Made by a program: the position numbers and the translations under genes | Shown here: positions 1 through 11,779 of the stretch, piece after piece | How positions within the stretch are numbered: the stretch's first letter is position 1 | How the letters are laid out: each line of letters starts with the position of its first letter | Assembly (NCBI RefSeq): GCF_964204645.1 | Contig: NC_134026.1 | Span: forward strand, 13,824,050 to 13,888,049 | From: Tubulanus polymorphus | Lineage: Eukaryota > Animalia > Nemertea | Reading direction: 5' to 3' | DNA: 64,000 nt | Notes under the pieces: model-generated | Seen by the model: the letters and a program-made list of their open reading frames with translations, nothing else | What the model was told of the DNA's origin: nothing | Database searches by the model: none

Positions 1-2007
1 GAAATTCACCAAGCCCAGGAAGCTCCGGACTTCAGATGCGGAATTCGGCTTCCTTGCCTCGAGAACAGCTTTCACGCAATCTTTGACCAACATACTCTAT
101 CTCGGGTAAACGTATGTGGCATTTCGGCAGATTCACAGTGAGTCCGTTTTTTGCTAAAGTTTCCAGCACTTTGATAAGACGAGCATCGTGCTCATCGTCC
201 CCTTTCCCGTGAATAATAAAGTCATCTGAAATGTTCGCGACGCCCGGACAATCAGCAAGAACCTGCTTAACGACATGTTGGAAGAGTTCCGGGGCTGAAC
301 ATAAGTCTTTTTTAACGGAAAATACCAAGATGACATGAAAACGTTTTTATACTGCGCGATTCCTCTTCAAGTTCTAACTGGTGAAATCCACTCTTCAGAT
401 CTATCTTACTAAAGACAGTACTACCATTCATGCTCTGAATTACCTCGTCAACCGTCGGAATCGGGTGACGCTCACGTATGACGGCTGTGTTTGCTTGCCG
501 CATATCTACACAGACGCGAATATCCCCCGACGGTTTCGGCGCAATTACAAGTGGAGAGACCCAGGGCGTCGGTCCTTCCACCTTTTCGATTATGTCTTCC
601 TCAAGGGGCTGATTAATCTTTGTTTCTAATCTGTCACGCAAGGCGAATGGAATTCTCCGAGAATTCTGCGCTACCGGTTTGATATTCTCATCCACATGGA
701 TTTTAGCTTGGTAGCCCTTTAGTTTACCGACCCCCGAACAAATTTCCGGATATCGTTTCTCAATATCGCTTATCGTTATGCGTTTGTCGCTAATTGTATT
801 AATGCCCAATCCGACCTTGAGAACGCCCAGTTTCTCAGCAGTAGATTTTCCAATCAGCGATCTGCCTTTACCGCTAATAACGAGGAACCGGTCGCCAACT
901 CCGAGGGTTGTGACGAATTTACCGACTGTAGATAACGGTTCTACTGAACCGTATGGGTGGAGTTTTTTTCGATACCCGCACCGCAGTGCAGCTGATTTTC
1001 TGCTTTTTCAAATAATTCCACGTATCGGAGTCAATCACATTCACGGTTGAACCCGAGTCAACCAACGCTCGTATAATTATATCGCCTACTTTTAAATCGA
1101 TGACGCCATCGCGCATCTCGTGACGCAACGAAAACAAGCTCTCTCCGACGGTGAATGGATATTCGGCCTCGTCATCGGAATCTCCCGCCACTGCGTTTGT
1201 TTTGTTTCTGTGTCTCGGCTCCCGGCCAACAGTGAACTTACTCTTACAGCATTTTGCGAAGTGACCCACTTTTCCACATTTCTTGCAGGAAGCTGACTGG
1301 GCAGGACATGATTTATCTTTTGAAATATGTCCCTGTTTCCCGCAACGGTAACACGTAATATCTGACTTCGCGCCAGAACGATAATTTCTACTGTAAACAT
1401 TCGGCTTCGGTTTCCTCCTATCGACATGATTAACCTCACTTCTCGGTTTAACTTCCTCCATCTGCCTAGACTGTATATCGACGGCTTCCATAGCTCTGGC
1501 TAGACTCAAAACAGTATTCAAATCGAGGGCTTCGCCTTTCTGAAGAAGTTCCCTTCGTAGCTGCGAGGACCTACATGATTCAACGACATGATCGCAAATC
1601 TGTTCCTTCTCGTCGGCAAACTCAGTTTTTCGCCTGATTGCGTAATCTGGCAACAAACTGGTCTACTGTTTCCGAACCCTCCTGTTTCAGGGAACGAAAA
1701 ATGTGTCTTTCGAAAGTTTTATTTAATTTCGGGACGAAAAATTATCTAACTTACGAACCGCCTTTTTGAACTCATCATCTTGCTCGCCTGGGACTCCAGG
1801 AACGAAACCTACTTCTGGTAGTGTTTCAAACATTTCCTGTACATCCATTCCGGCTGAGTGGAGTAACAGGGCTCTCTTCTGGCCCGCGTCCCGTATACCC
1901 TTTCCTTCGACGTAATAAAGAAACGCTTTCATTCACCGTTTCCATCTGGGTCCCACGCTCGAAGCATCCTCAGCACAGTCAAACTTTACCATCGGAGCGA
2001 CATCCAT
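1..2007 (-). pseudogene. Ty3/Gypsy gag-pol (gag with CCHC knuckles, aspartic protease, RT), frameshifted, running off the window edge
   Basis: ORFs 1723-1932, 919-1656, 312-809 and 32-328 contain CYRCGKQGH and CKKCGKVGHFAKCC knuckles, the protease motif ALVDSGS, and RT motifs PWVSPLV..PK..G.IRVCVDMR, FSKIDLKSGFHQL and ISDD. Confidence 0.95.
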
Positions 2008-2023
2008 TTTAGAACTTTAGTTT

Positions 2024-2036
2024 ATCCTCGTCGCCA
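2024..2036 (-). promoter_or_regulatory. Primer-binding site complementary to the 3' end of tRNA-Ser(GCU)
   Basis: Minus strand reads TGGCGACGAGGAT, 2 nt after the LTR-terminal CA. It matches the ATCCTCGTCG-CCA end of metazoan tRNA-Ser(GCU), recalled from memory. Confidence 0.8.
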
Positions 2037-2038
2037 TT

Positions 2039-2178
2039 TGTGACGTCCAACTGATTAAATACGGACAATAGAGTTAGACAATACTACAAAGTCTCTTTAT
2101 TCAGCCACGTAACTACATCCGGCCTACACTAGATTACATAAACCACCTAACACTAATACACTGACGTAAGACACTACA
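2039..2178 (-). mobile_element. Short 5' LTR of the Gypsy at 1-2007
   Basis: Minus strand TGTAGTGT...GTCACA with AATAAA near 2096-2101, directly upstream of the PBS. The outer boundary is uncertain. Confidence 0.6.
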
Positions 2179-2325
2179 ATAACTGAAGGCCTACTCACAT
2201 GCGCGCACGCGCCCTACACAGCACATTGCACAGAAACTGGCGCAAAGCACTTATCGACACTTTCGCTTGCGGGGTCCGAACCTAAATCATTTTTAATAGC
2301 AACACAACTTTGCTAACATGGTAAG

Positions 2326-3068
2326 TCATTTTGTGAAACGTTCAAATGTGATGTGACCAAGATTAAGAATAAGAAGAGAGTTGTAACGTCCTAGTAAGTA
2401 CGTACCTGTATGATCGCATATCGCCTGTACGTTGATACTGTTAAAATTCTTCCGATTGACATATGCTGGCTCGTTCTGGACTGGTGACTGGATTCTAACG
2501 TGAGTTCCATCAACAACTCCTGCTTCTCTGGGGAACCCAACCTCGGCTAAATCGTAAAAAGCAGCCATCACCTTCCTCAAATCATCTTGCGTGGTTGGCC
2601 ATTTGATAAAATCGTTCATCCTATTAGCCAAACTAGTGGCTTGTATATATAATTCTGGAAACTGTCGATTTATGTACACCAAAGTTATCTGCTATTACAG
2701 ACAGAAAAGCCCCAGAAGCCCCAGGTCCTCGCGTAAAGTTCAGCAATAAAGTTTATCCCATTTCTTCCAAAACGAAATCTTTCTCGTAGGCATTCATCGG
2801 AAAACTGATTGAGATGATCAAATCGCTGTCGATTTACTCTGTTGTAGCCAAATTCAGACAATAAAAAGGCTATGTCGGCCATTTTTAACCACTGGTTAAG
2901 AACTTAACATAGCCCTGTGGTTCGTTTAACTTAAACCGATGGTTAGAGAATTTAACCGTTGGTTAAATTTTTGAGCAACCCAATCTCACCGACAGTTGAG
3001 AGTTTAACCGTCGGTTAGGGATTTAAACGACGGTTAAGAGTTGAACCAACCTTTGAGCAACTGGCCCC
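2326..3068 (-). mobile_element. PIF/Harbinger element 5' part: TIR, subterminal repeats and degenerate HARBI1-like transposase
   Basis: ORFs 2685-2882 (FSDECLRERFRF) and 2326-2682 (GFP...GVVDGTHVRI..P...YVNRK...SINVQAICD). Splice donor AG|GTACGT near 2404. GGTTAA-rich subterminal repeats at 2885-3050. Terminus GGGCCAGTTGC with a CTG flank. Confidence 0.9.
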
Positions 3069-3103
3069 AGGATAAATTTGACCCCAAAAAACAAGTAAAG
3101 GAT

Positions 3104-4137
3104 GAGTAAGCACCACAGTAACCATTTGAAGGTAAGTAGGCTTAAACATAGGCGACGATACGTTGTTTTATCCAATCCACAGCCCTGTGTTGGTAATGAA
3201 TTCCACGGAAGTCAGCGGACCGAAGCTGCGGGTGTGGAATCTCACGGAAACCTGCTTCCCGTGCTCTTCTGTTAAAATGTCTTATCCGGCGCACAGCGTC
3301 AGCGTTTTCCTCGTGGCATGGTGGAACAGGGACCTCCAAATGGTACAGTGGAACCGAAGGAAATTTTCTCTGCAATATTTTGTAGAGCTCAACGATATCT
3401 GCACAGGTATGGCGTCTGAACTGCCGTGTATGGTTCAGGCCATGATTAAAACTGATGAACACCTTATGTGGGTATGTCGGATGTAGCTAACCGGGCCCTG
3501 AACCTTCTCCCCCGGATGACTAATGGGGATAATAATAGCGTCTGCTTTGAGCTGCTTGAACATGGAATCAGATAGTTATAACAGTGGTAGGCGGGAACGA
3601 ATGCATCTGGTCGCTAGCCGTTGCATTCTTGAGTCCAGGTCATCAGGGTTACCGCCAGCCTTCTTCACCATATCCCGTAGGTAGAACCATAGCTCTCCAA
3701 ACCGAGAGGTGCCAAGCTTAGGCGGGGTCCTCGACAGTGCACTTATCAAACCCATAACGGTGGCAAGCAGTTCTCTTTCCGCCAATTCTGCCAGTTTCCT
3801 CCTGCATGGTTTTGGGTGGCGACCAAAGTATTGAACAAACTGCATGACTGATCTACGAAGATTTTTCTTCTCTTCAACAATAGCTGGGCGGTGTCAAGCT
3901 TCACGGTGTCAAGCTCGAGTACATCCATTTGCAAATTTCTTTTCGCTTCCTAAACCCGACAAATCAAATTCGACAATTAAAATTTGGCTTTAAGATTTAG
4001 CATTTAGTGAAAAGTGAGTAGAGTAGTACACGTATACGCGGGAGTGGATATTTAGTATATAATGAATATAGTGCATCTGGTTATGCATTTAAACACGAGT
4101 AAGCACCACAGTAACCATTTGAAGGTAAGTAGGCTTA
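3104..4137. repeat. Perfect 41-bp direct repeat pair (3104-3144 and 4097-4137)
   Basis: GAGTAAGCACCACAGTAACCATTTGAAGGTAAGTAGGCTTA occurs twice. On the minus strand each copy begins with a TAA stop codon. Confidence 0.95.
3142..3934 (-). pseudogene. SGNH/GDSL hydrolase-like ORF (one in-frame stop, frameshifts)
   Basis: Reading through the stop at 3576-3578 gives PLL*LSDSMF (block I), ISHPGEKV (block II), NHGLNH (block III G-x-N) and DFRGIHY (block V-like), in the correct order. Confidence 0.7.
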
Positions 4138-4668
4138 GTGTCGCTTATGAGGAACTGTCTTTCCAGTCTAACGCAAGTCAACATAATCAGTATTTGCCTG
4201 TAACAAACTCCTACCCTACTTAAGCCAAAGTTCTTTGTTTTGAGCTATACGTGACCTTAGTTCTTCGCATTTACAACAGTTAATCTGCTCACGAAATCTT
4301 TTCGGGGGCTGCAACTGATTACGAGGGCGAAGTCTGCTTTTAGGGCTAGTTTCTTCAACCACCTCCTCCATTTTCTCTTCCCTCTGGGGCACTGGCAAAT
4401 CAACATCTTCTCAGGGCTGCTCGTGAGTACAGCCAGTCTCTATTTCAGCTAAGCGATCTGGCTTGCTGGCAGATCCTGGAAGTGGCTTATTCTGTGCCCG
4501 AGTCATCTTATTCAGTCCCTGCTTTTTAGCCCTCCGGGTCCACACGATGTAATCATCGTCAACCGACCCCTACGAAGAACTCTTGGTAGGCTGTCTTGAA
4601 TCCCTCGGCTTCCTTTCAGGTCTTTTCTCTCGCCTTAACGATGGGGTGTCTACAGTTGGCTCCCAACG
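4138..4668 (-). pseudogene. Probable disordered C-terminal tail of Gypsy pol
   Basis: One frame with a few stops encodes a low-complexity peptide ending SRLRPRNQLQPPKRF, the R-x-R...P-x-R-F/Y motif common at Gypsy integrase C-termini. Confidence 0.55.
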
Positions 4669-6616
4669 GCGACTTTGGCTGTTTTTGGAATTGTCAATTT
4701 ACCATCAGTTGAGGAAATAGTTTTAATAGATTTCTTTTTCGTTTTAATGTTCATGAACTTATTGTATATGGTTTCCTTGTCTTCGTTGCTTTTCTGCATC
4801 CACATTACATGGGAAATAGTATATCTTTGTAAAGAAAGAACAACTTCATAATTTCCTTGATGGTGAAGGGCACGACAGACATCGATATACTGGATTTTTA
4901 CCAATTTGTGTAACTGTTCTATCAAATCGGGGATCTTCAGAATCTTCCAGTTAGTTGCTAAATTGATTATACTGTTTATAGTCTCTGAGTTATTGTTTGT
5001 CCATCCTATAGGGTGACATTTCTTAACTTGAGATGGCGTGAATACATACTCTTCAAGTCTTGGCTCCAGCTTTTCAAAGTATGGGATGAAGAGCGGAGCG
5101 ATTTCGTTGATTCTAGCCTTGACCTTCATCATTCTGAGTTTATGCTTATACTCATCAAGTTCATGTAACGCGCCGCTTTTACCAAATATAGAGTCGACTA
5201 TATCATATTTTATCATTCACCCCAATTTTGTGTTGCAAATGCCATTTTACGTTTTCAATCAAATGTCGGTAGCATAACAATTGAGTAGCATTTGGAAATG
5301 TCTCTTTGATTGCTTTCAGTACAGCTTTTTCTTCGCCGGATCCAACGGTTAACATTTTGCCCGCAATTTCTGTATTTACGTTCGAGTCTAATTTCCCTTT
5401 TAAATGAGAGAAGAATCGCTGGTACGTAATGGTCTCGCCGTCCCAATGCAGAAATAATGGCCCAATGAAAATTGGTGATTCTTGTGTTTCACGACGGAGC
5501 AAATGGGTGTTCTTGAAAACCGTTATAGTCAAATAGCAGGCACCGATCGATGCCAAGAATCGAAGGTTCCGCCGCTTGCGTACAAAATCGTTTTACGTCT
5601 CTCATCTGTTGCTCTGTATATAAAATAACCGTCGGAGGTTTTTCGATCGAAGTAATAACCTCTCGGATGAAATCACTGCCGGATTGCATATTCATGAGAG
5701 TTTGTATTTCATCCGCTACATTCTTACGGTTGCCGGATGTGCGATCCTTGACCATTTCACGGTGCCGTTCTGTACCTGTTTCAAGTTTCTTGGCGCTGAT
5801 GATGAGCTATTTAGACATATGTGGTTATGAACTTGCATTGGTGCTTGTGTGGTCACCTTATCGGCGATTACATCCATGACGGAGTCTGAAGTCCGAAAAT
5901 ATTCTATTCCTGTTCCCTTTTTTGTATTGCCATGCGGCGTACCACTATCCGGTGAATCACCGAGATACTCCACTACTGACCGGTTTCGTACATCGCCGAA
6001 GTTTGCTGGAGAATGGTCAATCCAAGTAATTCGTTTTTTGAAATCCGGTTTTCGTTTTAGTGTAGCGTAAAACCGCCTCAAAATAATCAAATCTTCGTCA
6101 GAAGGTTGTTGATCAAATGCTACGAATTCTTTTTTCACCCTAATGCCGTACGAACCATTCTTCGTTTGGATGACCTGGAAGATGAAATTTACCTGATGAA
6201 ATCCCGATCATTCAAATCACAAATAGAAGTGATGGACGTCAATTTTAGTACGTATATAACGTATTTATGCGTTTTTACCTTATGTGTTCCATTTTCTTGT
6301 ATGAGAACCACCACCTTCTTAGTTGAAGACATCTTTTTGTCCCAAATTCCAGAGTCATCAACGAATTTACTCCGGTTCCCAGCCTGTCTACGTTGAATGT
6401 TATTGGTGTTGTCTAATATGTAGTACACATCATGTTTTCGGCCGTTTGGAATACTGGTGGGAAAATCTAATTTTTCGGTGGCGGATTTTCTAATCACATC
6501 AATCACTCCAGCGGTATCCAAAAATCTCCCATTTAGCCGGCCCGAAGAGCCGTCATTTTCATTTGATTGTATCGTCGTGGTGCCGTCGTCAAATGTGTCA
6601 GACGGTGATGAAACGC
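4669..6616 (-). pseudogene. MULE/Mutator-like DDE transposase, frameshifted
   Basis: Motifs PTVILYTEQQMRD, ILGIDR, PIFIGPLFLH, VGSGEEKA (catalytic D apparently mutated), FPNATQLLCYRHL (CxxH) and GWTNNNSETIN (catalytic E). Phase-1 acceptor at 6617. Confidence 0.9.
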
Positions 6617-6699
6617 CTAGAAAGGAGATAGATATGCTATTAAAAACGGTCAATTTAGATTCCCAGGCATTGTTTAATACTTCAAATTGATATACACAC

Positions 6700-8168
6700 C
6701 TGTTAAATCTGATCTGGAAGAAAGTGTAGAACTATGCCCTGGTTGATCATTGCACAGGCGGATCCAGTTTTTATAGGGGGTGGACAGGACAAAGTAGGGC
6801 ACACCTTTCTATGGCACATCGCGAGCGCCGAAGGCGCGATGCCCACAAGGGGGGAAATTTTGAAAATTTGGTGTTCTTAAATGTGTTTTGTGGCATTTCA
6901 GAGGGTCCATTCTAGGAGAAAAAGAAGTCATTTAGACTTCATTTTGTAACCTTAGGGTCCAGGAAGGTGCCACAGATAGGGCAAAAAACAAGCACATAAA
7001 ATTTGAGTTTCATACACATCATCTTTTTATTTATACTCTACTCTTGTTATTGTCAGATTTTATTGCATTTCCTTTCCTCTGATAAAATATTCAAATTTTA
7101 AAAAGTTTTCATCGTAACGCTATAAAATGTGCCCTTTTTATCAACTTTTCTGACATTTCACGTGCCCATATTCCAGAAAAGATATAACAGAATATGCCTT
7201 TTTCACAGTTTTCATCGTATATACTCTATAAGATGTGCCCTTTTTATCAATTTCTCGGGCATTATAGGTGCCCCTATTTCAGAATTCATGCCCGTTTCAC
7301 AATTTTCATCGTATATACGCTTATAAGATGTGCCCTTTTTATTAATTTCTCTGGCATTATAGGTGCCCCTATTACATAATAGGTGCCCTTAGATATGACA
7401 GCACAGCAGCATGAATGCCATTTTCAAAGGCAACGTCCTTGACTGCCGAATCGCGCGATGTAAATATAGTCGTGTTCGAGTGATCGAGTGTTAAAAATCG
7501 AGTGTTAAAATTTTCTTCTATTGCTTTTTTTTCTGACATTCCTGAAAGCCAGGAGGGCACTTTTAATTTTTCAAGGGGGTGGACTGGTCCACTCGGTCCA
7601 CCCCCCTAGATCCGCCCTTGCATTGATCAGGCGTGTCTTCGCGTCGATTTTGTCTGAAAAGAAATAGAAAAAATCAGTTCCTGTTATAACTTAGTTATCA
7701 AATGTTGTTATAATAATTCAATTGTTTTTACAAAACTTACAATCTACATCGACTTTTTTAAGTGCGGGAACTGTTATTCTGGACTCGTCAAATTCCGGAA
7801 ACGGCGCAGAAATACCTATAGATATGATTTCATGTTTAATTAATGATAGTCCTGTTGCCAAACGATTAAATAGATCGAGCAGTTAATAGATCGAGCAGTA
7901 TGACGACATGACGACGTAACGTACCTGCAGCTGTACTATTAAACTGTCTTGATGGGCTGTCAGAATCTTGCATTTGTAAAGGACTAACGCAGTTCTCAAA
8001 GCTCACTCTTTTCGAAGATCTCTTCTCTGCAAAGACAAAATGGAATGTAAGCTAACAATGCAGCTTGAACTTTATGTAGAGTTATTAGATGTTAAGTATA
8101 TATGTCTTACCGGAATTTCGTGGTGACATCTTAAAACTGGTCATGCGTTTCTCCTTTCGTGTGGTTTC
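6700..8168 (-). pseudogene. Series of short phase-1 linker exons of the MULE gene (about 8111-8168, 7925-8026, 7741-7815, 6700-7653 minus the MITE)
   Basis: Each has a pyrimidine-tract AG acceptor, a GT donor and an open frame in phase 1-1, e.g. ISAPFPEFDESRITVPALKKVDVD and KIDAKTRLINDQPGHSSTLSSRSDLT. Confidence 0.65.
6753..7620. mobile_element. Non-autonomous TIR element (hAT-like MITE) with 5-bp TSD CATTG
   Basis: Ends CACAGGCGGATCCAG / CTAGATCCGCCCTTG. CATTG at 6748-6752 and 7621-7625. Internal ~95-bp repeats at 7100-7390. Removing it restores an open exon. Confidence 0.85.
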
Positions 8169-8759
8169 TAAAACAGAAAAAAGAAGACTTGCTTTTTTCT
8201 GTACACTTTTTTTCTTATTTGTTTCAGATTGAGAGTCGACACTATTGATCCGCAGCTGAATTGTACTTTCAAAAAGATCAAACGATTTATATACGTAGGT
8301 TTCTTGGCATGTCCTGGGAGAACACACGCATTGTTCGTTATGTACGATAATACATTTTCCGCCTTAATGGTTGTTTGTCTGAAACTTTTATACTGGTATC
8401 AGACGAGCATTCTAAATCATTTGAAGGTAATCACGGCGCTGTAGTCATGAGAAGAATTCGTGGAAATGAGCAATTATGAAATAAACTTATGAAACACTCG
8501 CTGACCCTTAGTCTGATAAATCGATAATAAGGAGGAATATTAAAGAGTGACATTAAAGGGTTTTTATTATTTTAATTAATAAAAGTTTGTGTGTTTAAAT
8601 TTGAATGTACTAATATCGATAAAGAATATAAATAAGAAAGATGATATTTCGGCTTACATTGTATATTACTATTTAGACAAAATTAAATATCGTTCATTGT
8701 GGGAATTGTGTTCATTGGATAAGTTAAAATAAATGAGTTTGAGGGTTGGAAAAATAGTA

Positions 8760-9096
8760 TGTAATCTCTTCGGTGCGGTTGAGAAGGAGAGCAGACCGGC
8801 AGGTATCATGACGTCGAGGGTCGGGTTAAAGTTAGCAGCGAATGAAAAGTCTAGGAATCAGGACCCCAGCTCTGCGTCGTGGTGCTGCGTTGGTTGCTCG
8901 TTCCCTTTTACGGCTGGCCGCAAGCAGGTTTCTGGATTTTTCTTGGGTGTGGACGCAGCCGTATAAAAGGGGCCGCACCTCGAGAGAGCGGACTCTTTTA
9001 GAAAGCATTTTCAGGGGAAGCATTAGAAGACTATAGAACAGATAACTTTCGGCTATCCGGTTGAATTGCATCTTCTTGTGTGCGGGATTTGTAACA
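8760..9096 (+). mobile_element. Possible solo LTR in a MULE intron
   Basis: GC-richer block TGTAAT...TGTAACA with TATAAAAGGGG at about 8962. No clear TSD. Confidence 0.35.
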
Positions 9097-9511
9097 AAAT
9101 TCTAAATTAAAAGGTAGGGAATTTTGTAAATTGTTGAGACTAAAGTTCAATTTAAATTGTTAGAATAAAAGTTGAGTATTATCATATTTAAATCCGGAGT
9201 TCCTTTCGGGTTTCTGTGTTCGTGGTCGACTTTCTCGCCAGGGACCGGAGTTTGTAATAGAGGAAAAAGACAATAGAGAAAGGGACCGCGGAACACTATA
9301 TAAAACTTACTCGGTGTCTGATCTAAGCTTGGAAACGTTTCTTCTGACGAAAGATAAAGCACATTTTCCTTGTCTACCGCTGCAATGATAGAATTTGGTG
9401 AATTAAGGCATATATTCATTTGGTAAAAACTCTCACTAGATAATTTCAGAAATCATTTAAAGAATCTTCGTTTCATACGAAGTTTGGTAACTTAAAATTA
9501 TGAACACTTAC

Positions 9512-11032
9512 ACGAGGTCGTTGAAATCATTTTCAAACGATTCTTTTCTATCAAAGGGACGAAATGGTTTGGTATCCACACATTTCCGTGCGACTCTCCA
9601 ATTCTTGTCCACAATATATTAATTGGAGGTGACATTTTCCTATGGCATTCACGAGGCACCATTTCGGTATTTAGCAGTCTCACGTGCTGGTCCATCATAC
9701 CAATCACAGGTGGATATACAGTTCGTATGTAGCGCCCAATAACTGTCGCCAATGCGTGAATTGTTATTTGTGGCGATTAGGCGTAATCAGTTGCTGCAGC
9801 CCTACATGTTTCCTCTATAGATGGCGATATTAATGCGTATCCCCTGTTCTCTGCTTCTTGTTCATAGAACTTCGTGTTTCTGACGAGGTCTGTCGCTGTC
9901 CTGACTCTGAGTTCATCGGCAAGTATTTCGGTTCCTAATTAAGCCATGGAAACTGCATTAAAGAGACAGTTTCCATCTCCTCTAACACGCACAGGAATAA
10001 GCCTGGTACGTTCACAATGTTTCGCGATAATTGATCGGCATCAGCGACTATTTCAGGAGTCAATTTCTGTTCGAATTGTCCAAAACTGGCCAGTTTGATG
10101 GCCACCATGTTGGCTGCTTTATGAAGGCCCTCCTTTCTTAGTATAGCGGCTTCGTATAGGATGAGTAGGCGGGTGTACATAATAGATCCACCGGGCTTGG
10201 AAAAACACTTGTTGCAATTGTATTTCAATTTCGATTGGCCCAGCAGCTCGAATTCTTCATACCCTATCTTCTCGCTTGCAGCATGACACCAGTGCTTGCA
10301 GATAGGACAATAAACGCTGGGTTCCTTATCGCATGAAAGCATACATACCCCGCAAGGCCACTTGGTTTTACCTAAAAGAAAATTTACAATATTAGTTTTA
10401 GGAAATTTGTATCATCAGTTTTCAGAATTTCAATTATCAATGCGGATTTTAAAATGTCAGACATCAGTTAGAAAGGTGATAATTTGTTAAACAATATCGG
10501 CCTGTGTCAATTCTACCACGTATTTCAAAAATTTTAGAGAAGTTGATTTATGTGTGATTGAAAACATTTGTAGATAAATACATGTTAATAAATACATCAC
10601 ATTCATATTTGGAGAAGGCTATTCGACGGACATTGCATGGCTATCAATTTAATTATTTCTCATAATAATAATTCAAATCATTCGTTTGTATCATGCAAAC
10701 ATGGTAAGTTTAAATAATTTTGAACAAATGACACAATCATAAAAGAAAAAGAATCGGGCCTAAAATTGAACTTTGATGAATTCCGCATGAATAAAAGTGA
10801 CCCTTGAATGTCAAGAACAAAAAAAGTTATATCTTTGGTTCAAATAGATAGATTGTCTCTTAAATTTAAGAGTAAAATCTCTGTAAATTTATTATATCTG
10901 ATAAAATTCTCTTGTAATATTCTTACCTTTCGAATCATTTTTAATTTTGTTGCCACGTTTCTGACTAGCCCGTTTCTGATCATCGGAAGCTATTTGGCGT
11001 CGCGAAGGTTTTCTTGACCTTTTAAAATCCAT
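9512..11032 (-). pseudogene. PHD finger plus OTU/vertnin-like cysteine protease exons (exon 10927-11032, exon 9512-10371)
   Basis: Spliced MDFKRSRK...SK-G-KTKWPCGVC...CPICKHWCH...YNCNKC (PHD). After a frameshift: VRGDGNCLFNAVSMA*LG....ELRVRTA...WIPNHFVPL, i.e. OTU-fold Cys and His boxes. Confidence 0.85.
10470..10640 (+). mobile_element. CR1-like LINE RT fragment in an intron
   Basis: Translates as KQYRPVSILPRISKILEKLIYV*LKTFVDKY...YST. Confidence 0.7.
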
Positions 11033-11169
11033 GGCTGTCCTCTATTAGTTGTTGAAATAGAATGACCCATCTTGGCCATTACCGCTTTTTATTTAGTTCG
11101 CCAAGAACTAATCACTAATTATCATACTAATAATTTCTATCCCTCAGAACAAAATTCTCATTCTGATTA

Positions 11170-11610
11170 TCCGTTAGTTTGTAACTGTTTTTATGTGCTA
11201 TTTCTAAATTTCTTTAATTTGTCCTTTGATCAAGATTCACTATTGTCTCGGGTTAACCCCCTAGTTTGCCATGCCTTAATTCGTTAGTTTGTCTTTGTAT
11301 TGTATTTCTAAATTTCTCTACGCTCTTGTCCTTGATTAAACTTTAATATTCACTATTATCTTGTTAAGATCCCCTAGTTTGCCTTGCCTTAATTCGTTTA
11401 GTTTGTAACTGTCTTTGTATTGTATTTCTAAATTTCTCTACGCTCTCGTCCTTTGATTAAACTTTAATATTCACTATTGTCTCGTTAAGATCCCCTAGGT
11501 TGCCATGCCTTAATTCGTTTAGATTGTAACTGTCTTTGTATTGTATTTCTAAATTTCTCTACGCTCTTGTCCTTTGATTAAACTTAAATATTCACTATTG
11601 TCTTGTTAAG
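11170..11610. repeat. Tandem repeat, ~120-bp unit, 3-4 copies
   Basis: Recurring TGTCTTTGTATTGTATTTCTAAATTTCTCTACGCTC...TTCACTATTGTC...GCCTTAATTCGTT. Confidence 0.9.
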
Positions 11611-11779
11611 CTAAACAATTCAACTCTGGTCACCTTTGACTCTGGACATTGACAACTAGGGGCCTGAACATCGGAAAAGCTTTTAACAAATCATCGTATC
11701 CTTTATTGAAACATACAGCGAACTGAAAAAAATCATATACATTCATTCTATTTATTTGTTTTTTTATGCGAGTCACGTC

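Noticed and set aside
2326-2882. Host HARBI1 gene
   Set aside because: It is disrupted and flanked by a TIR with subterminal repeats, so it is a transposon copy and not the domesticated gene.
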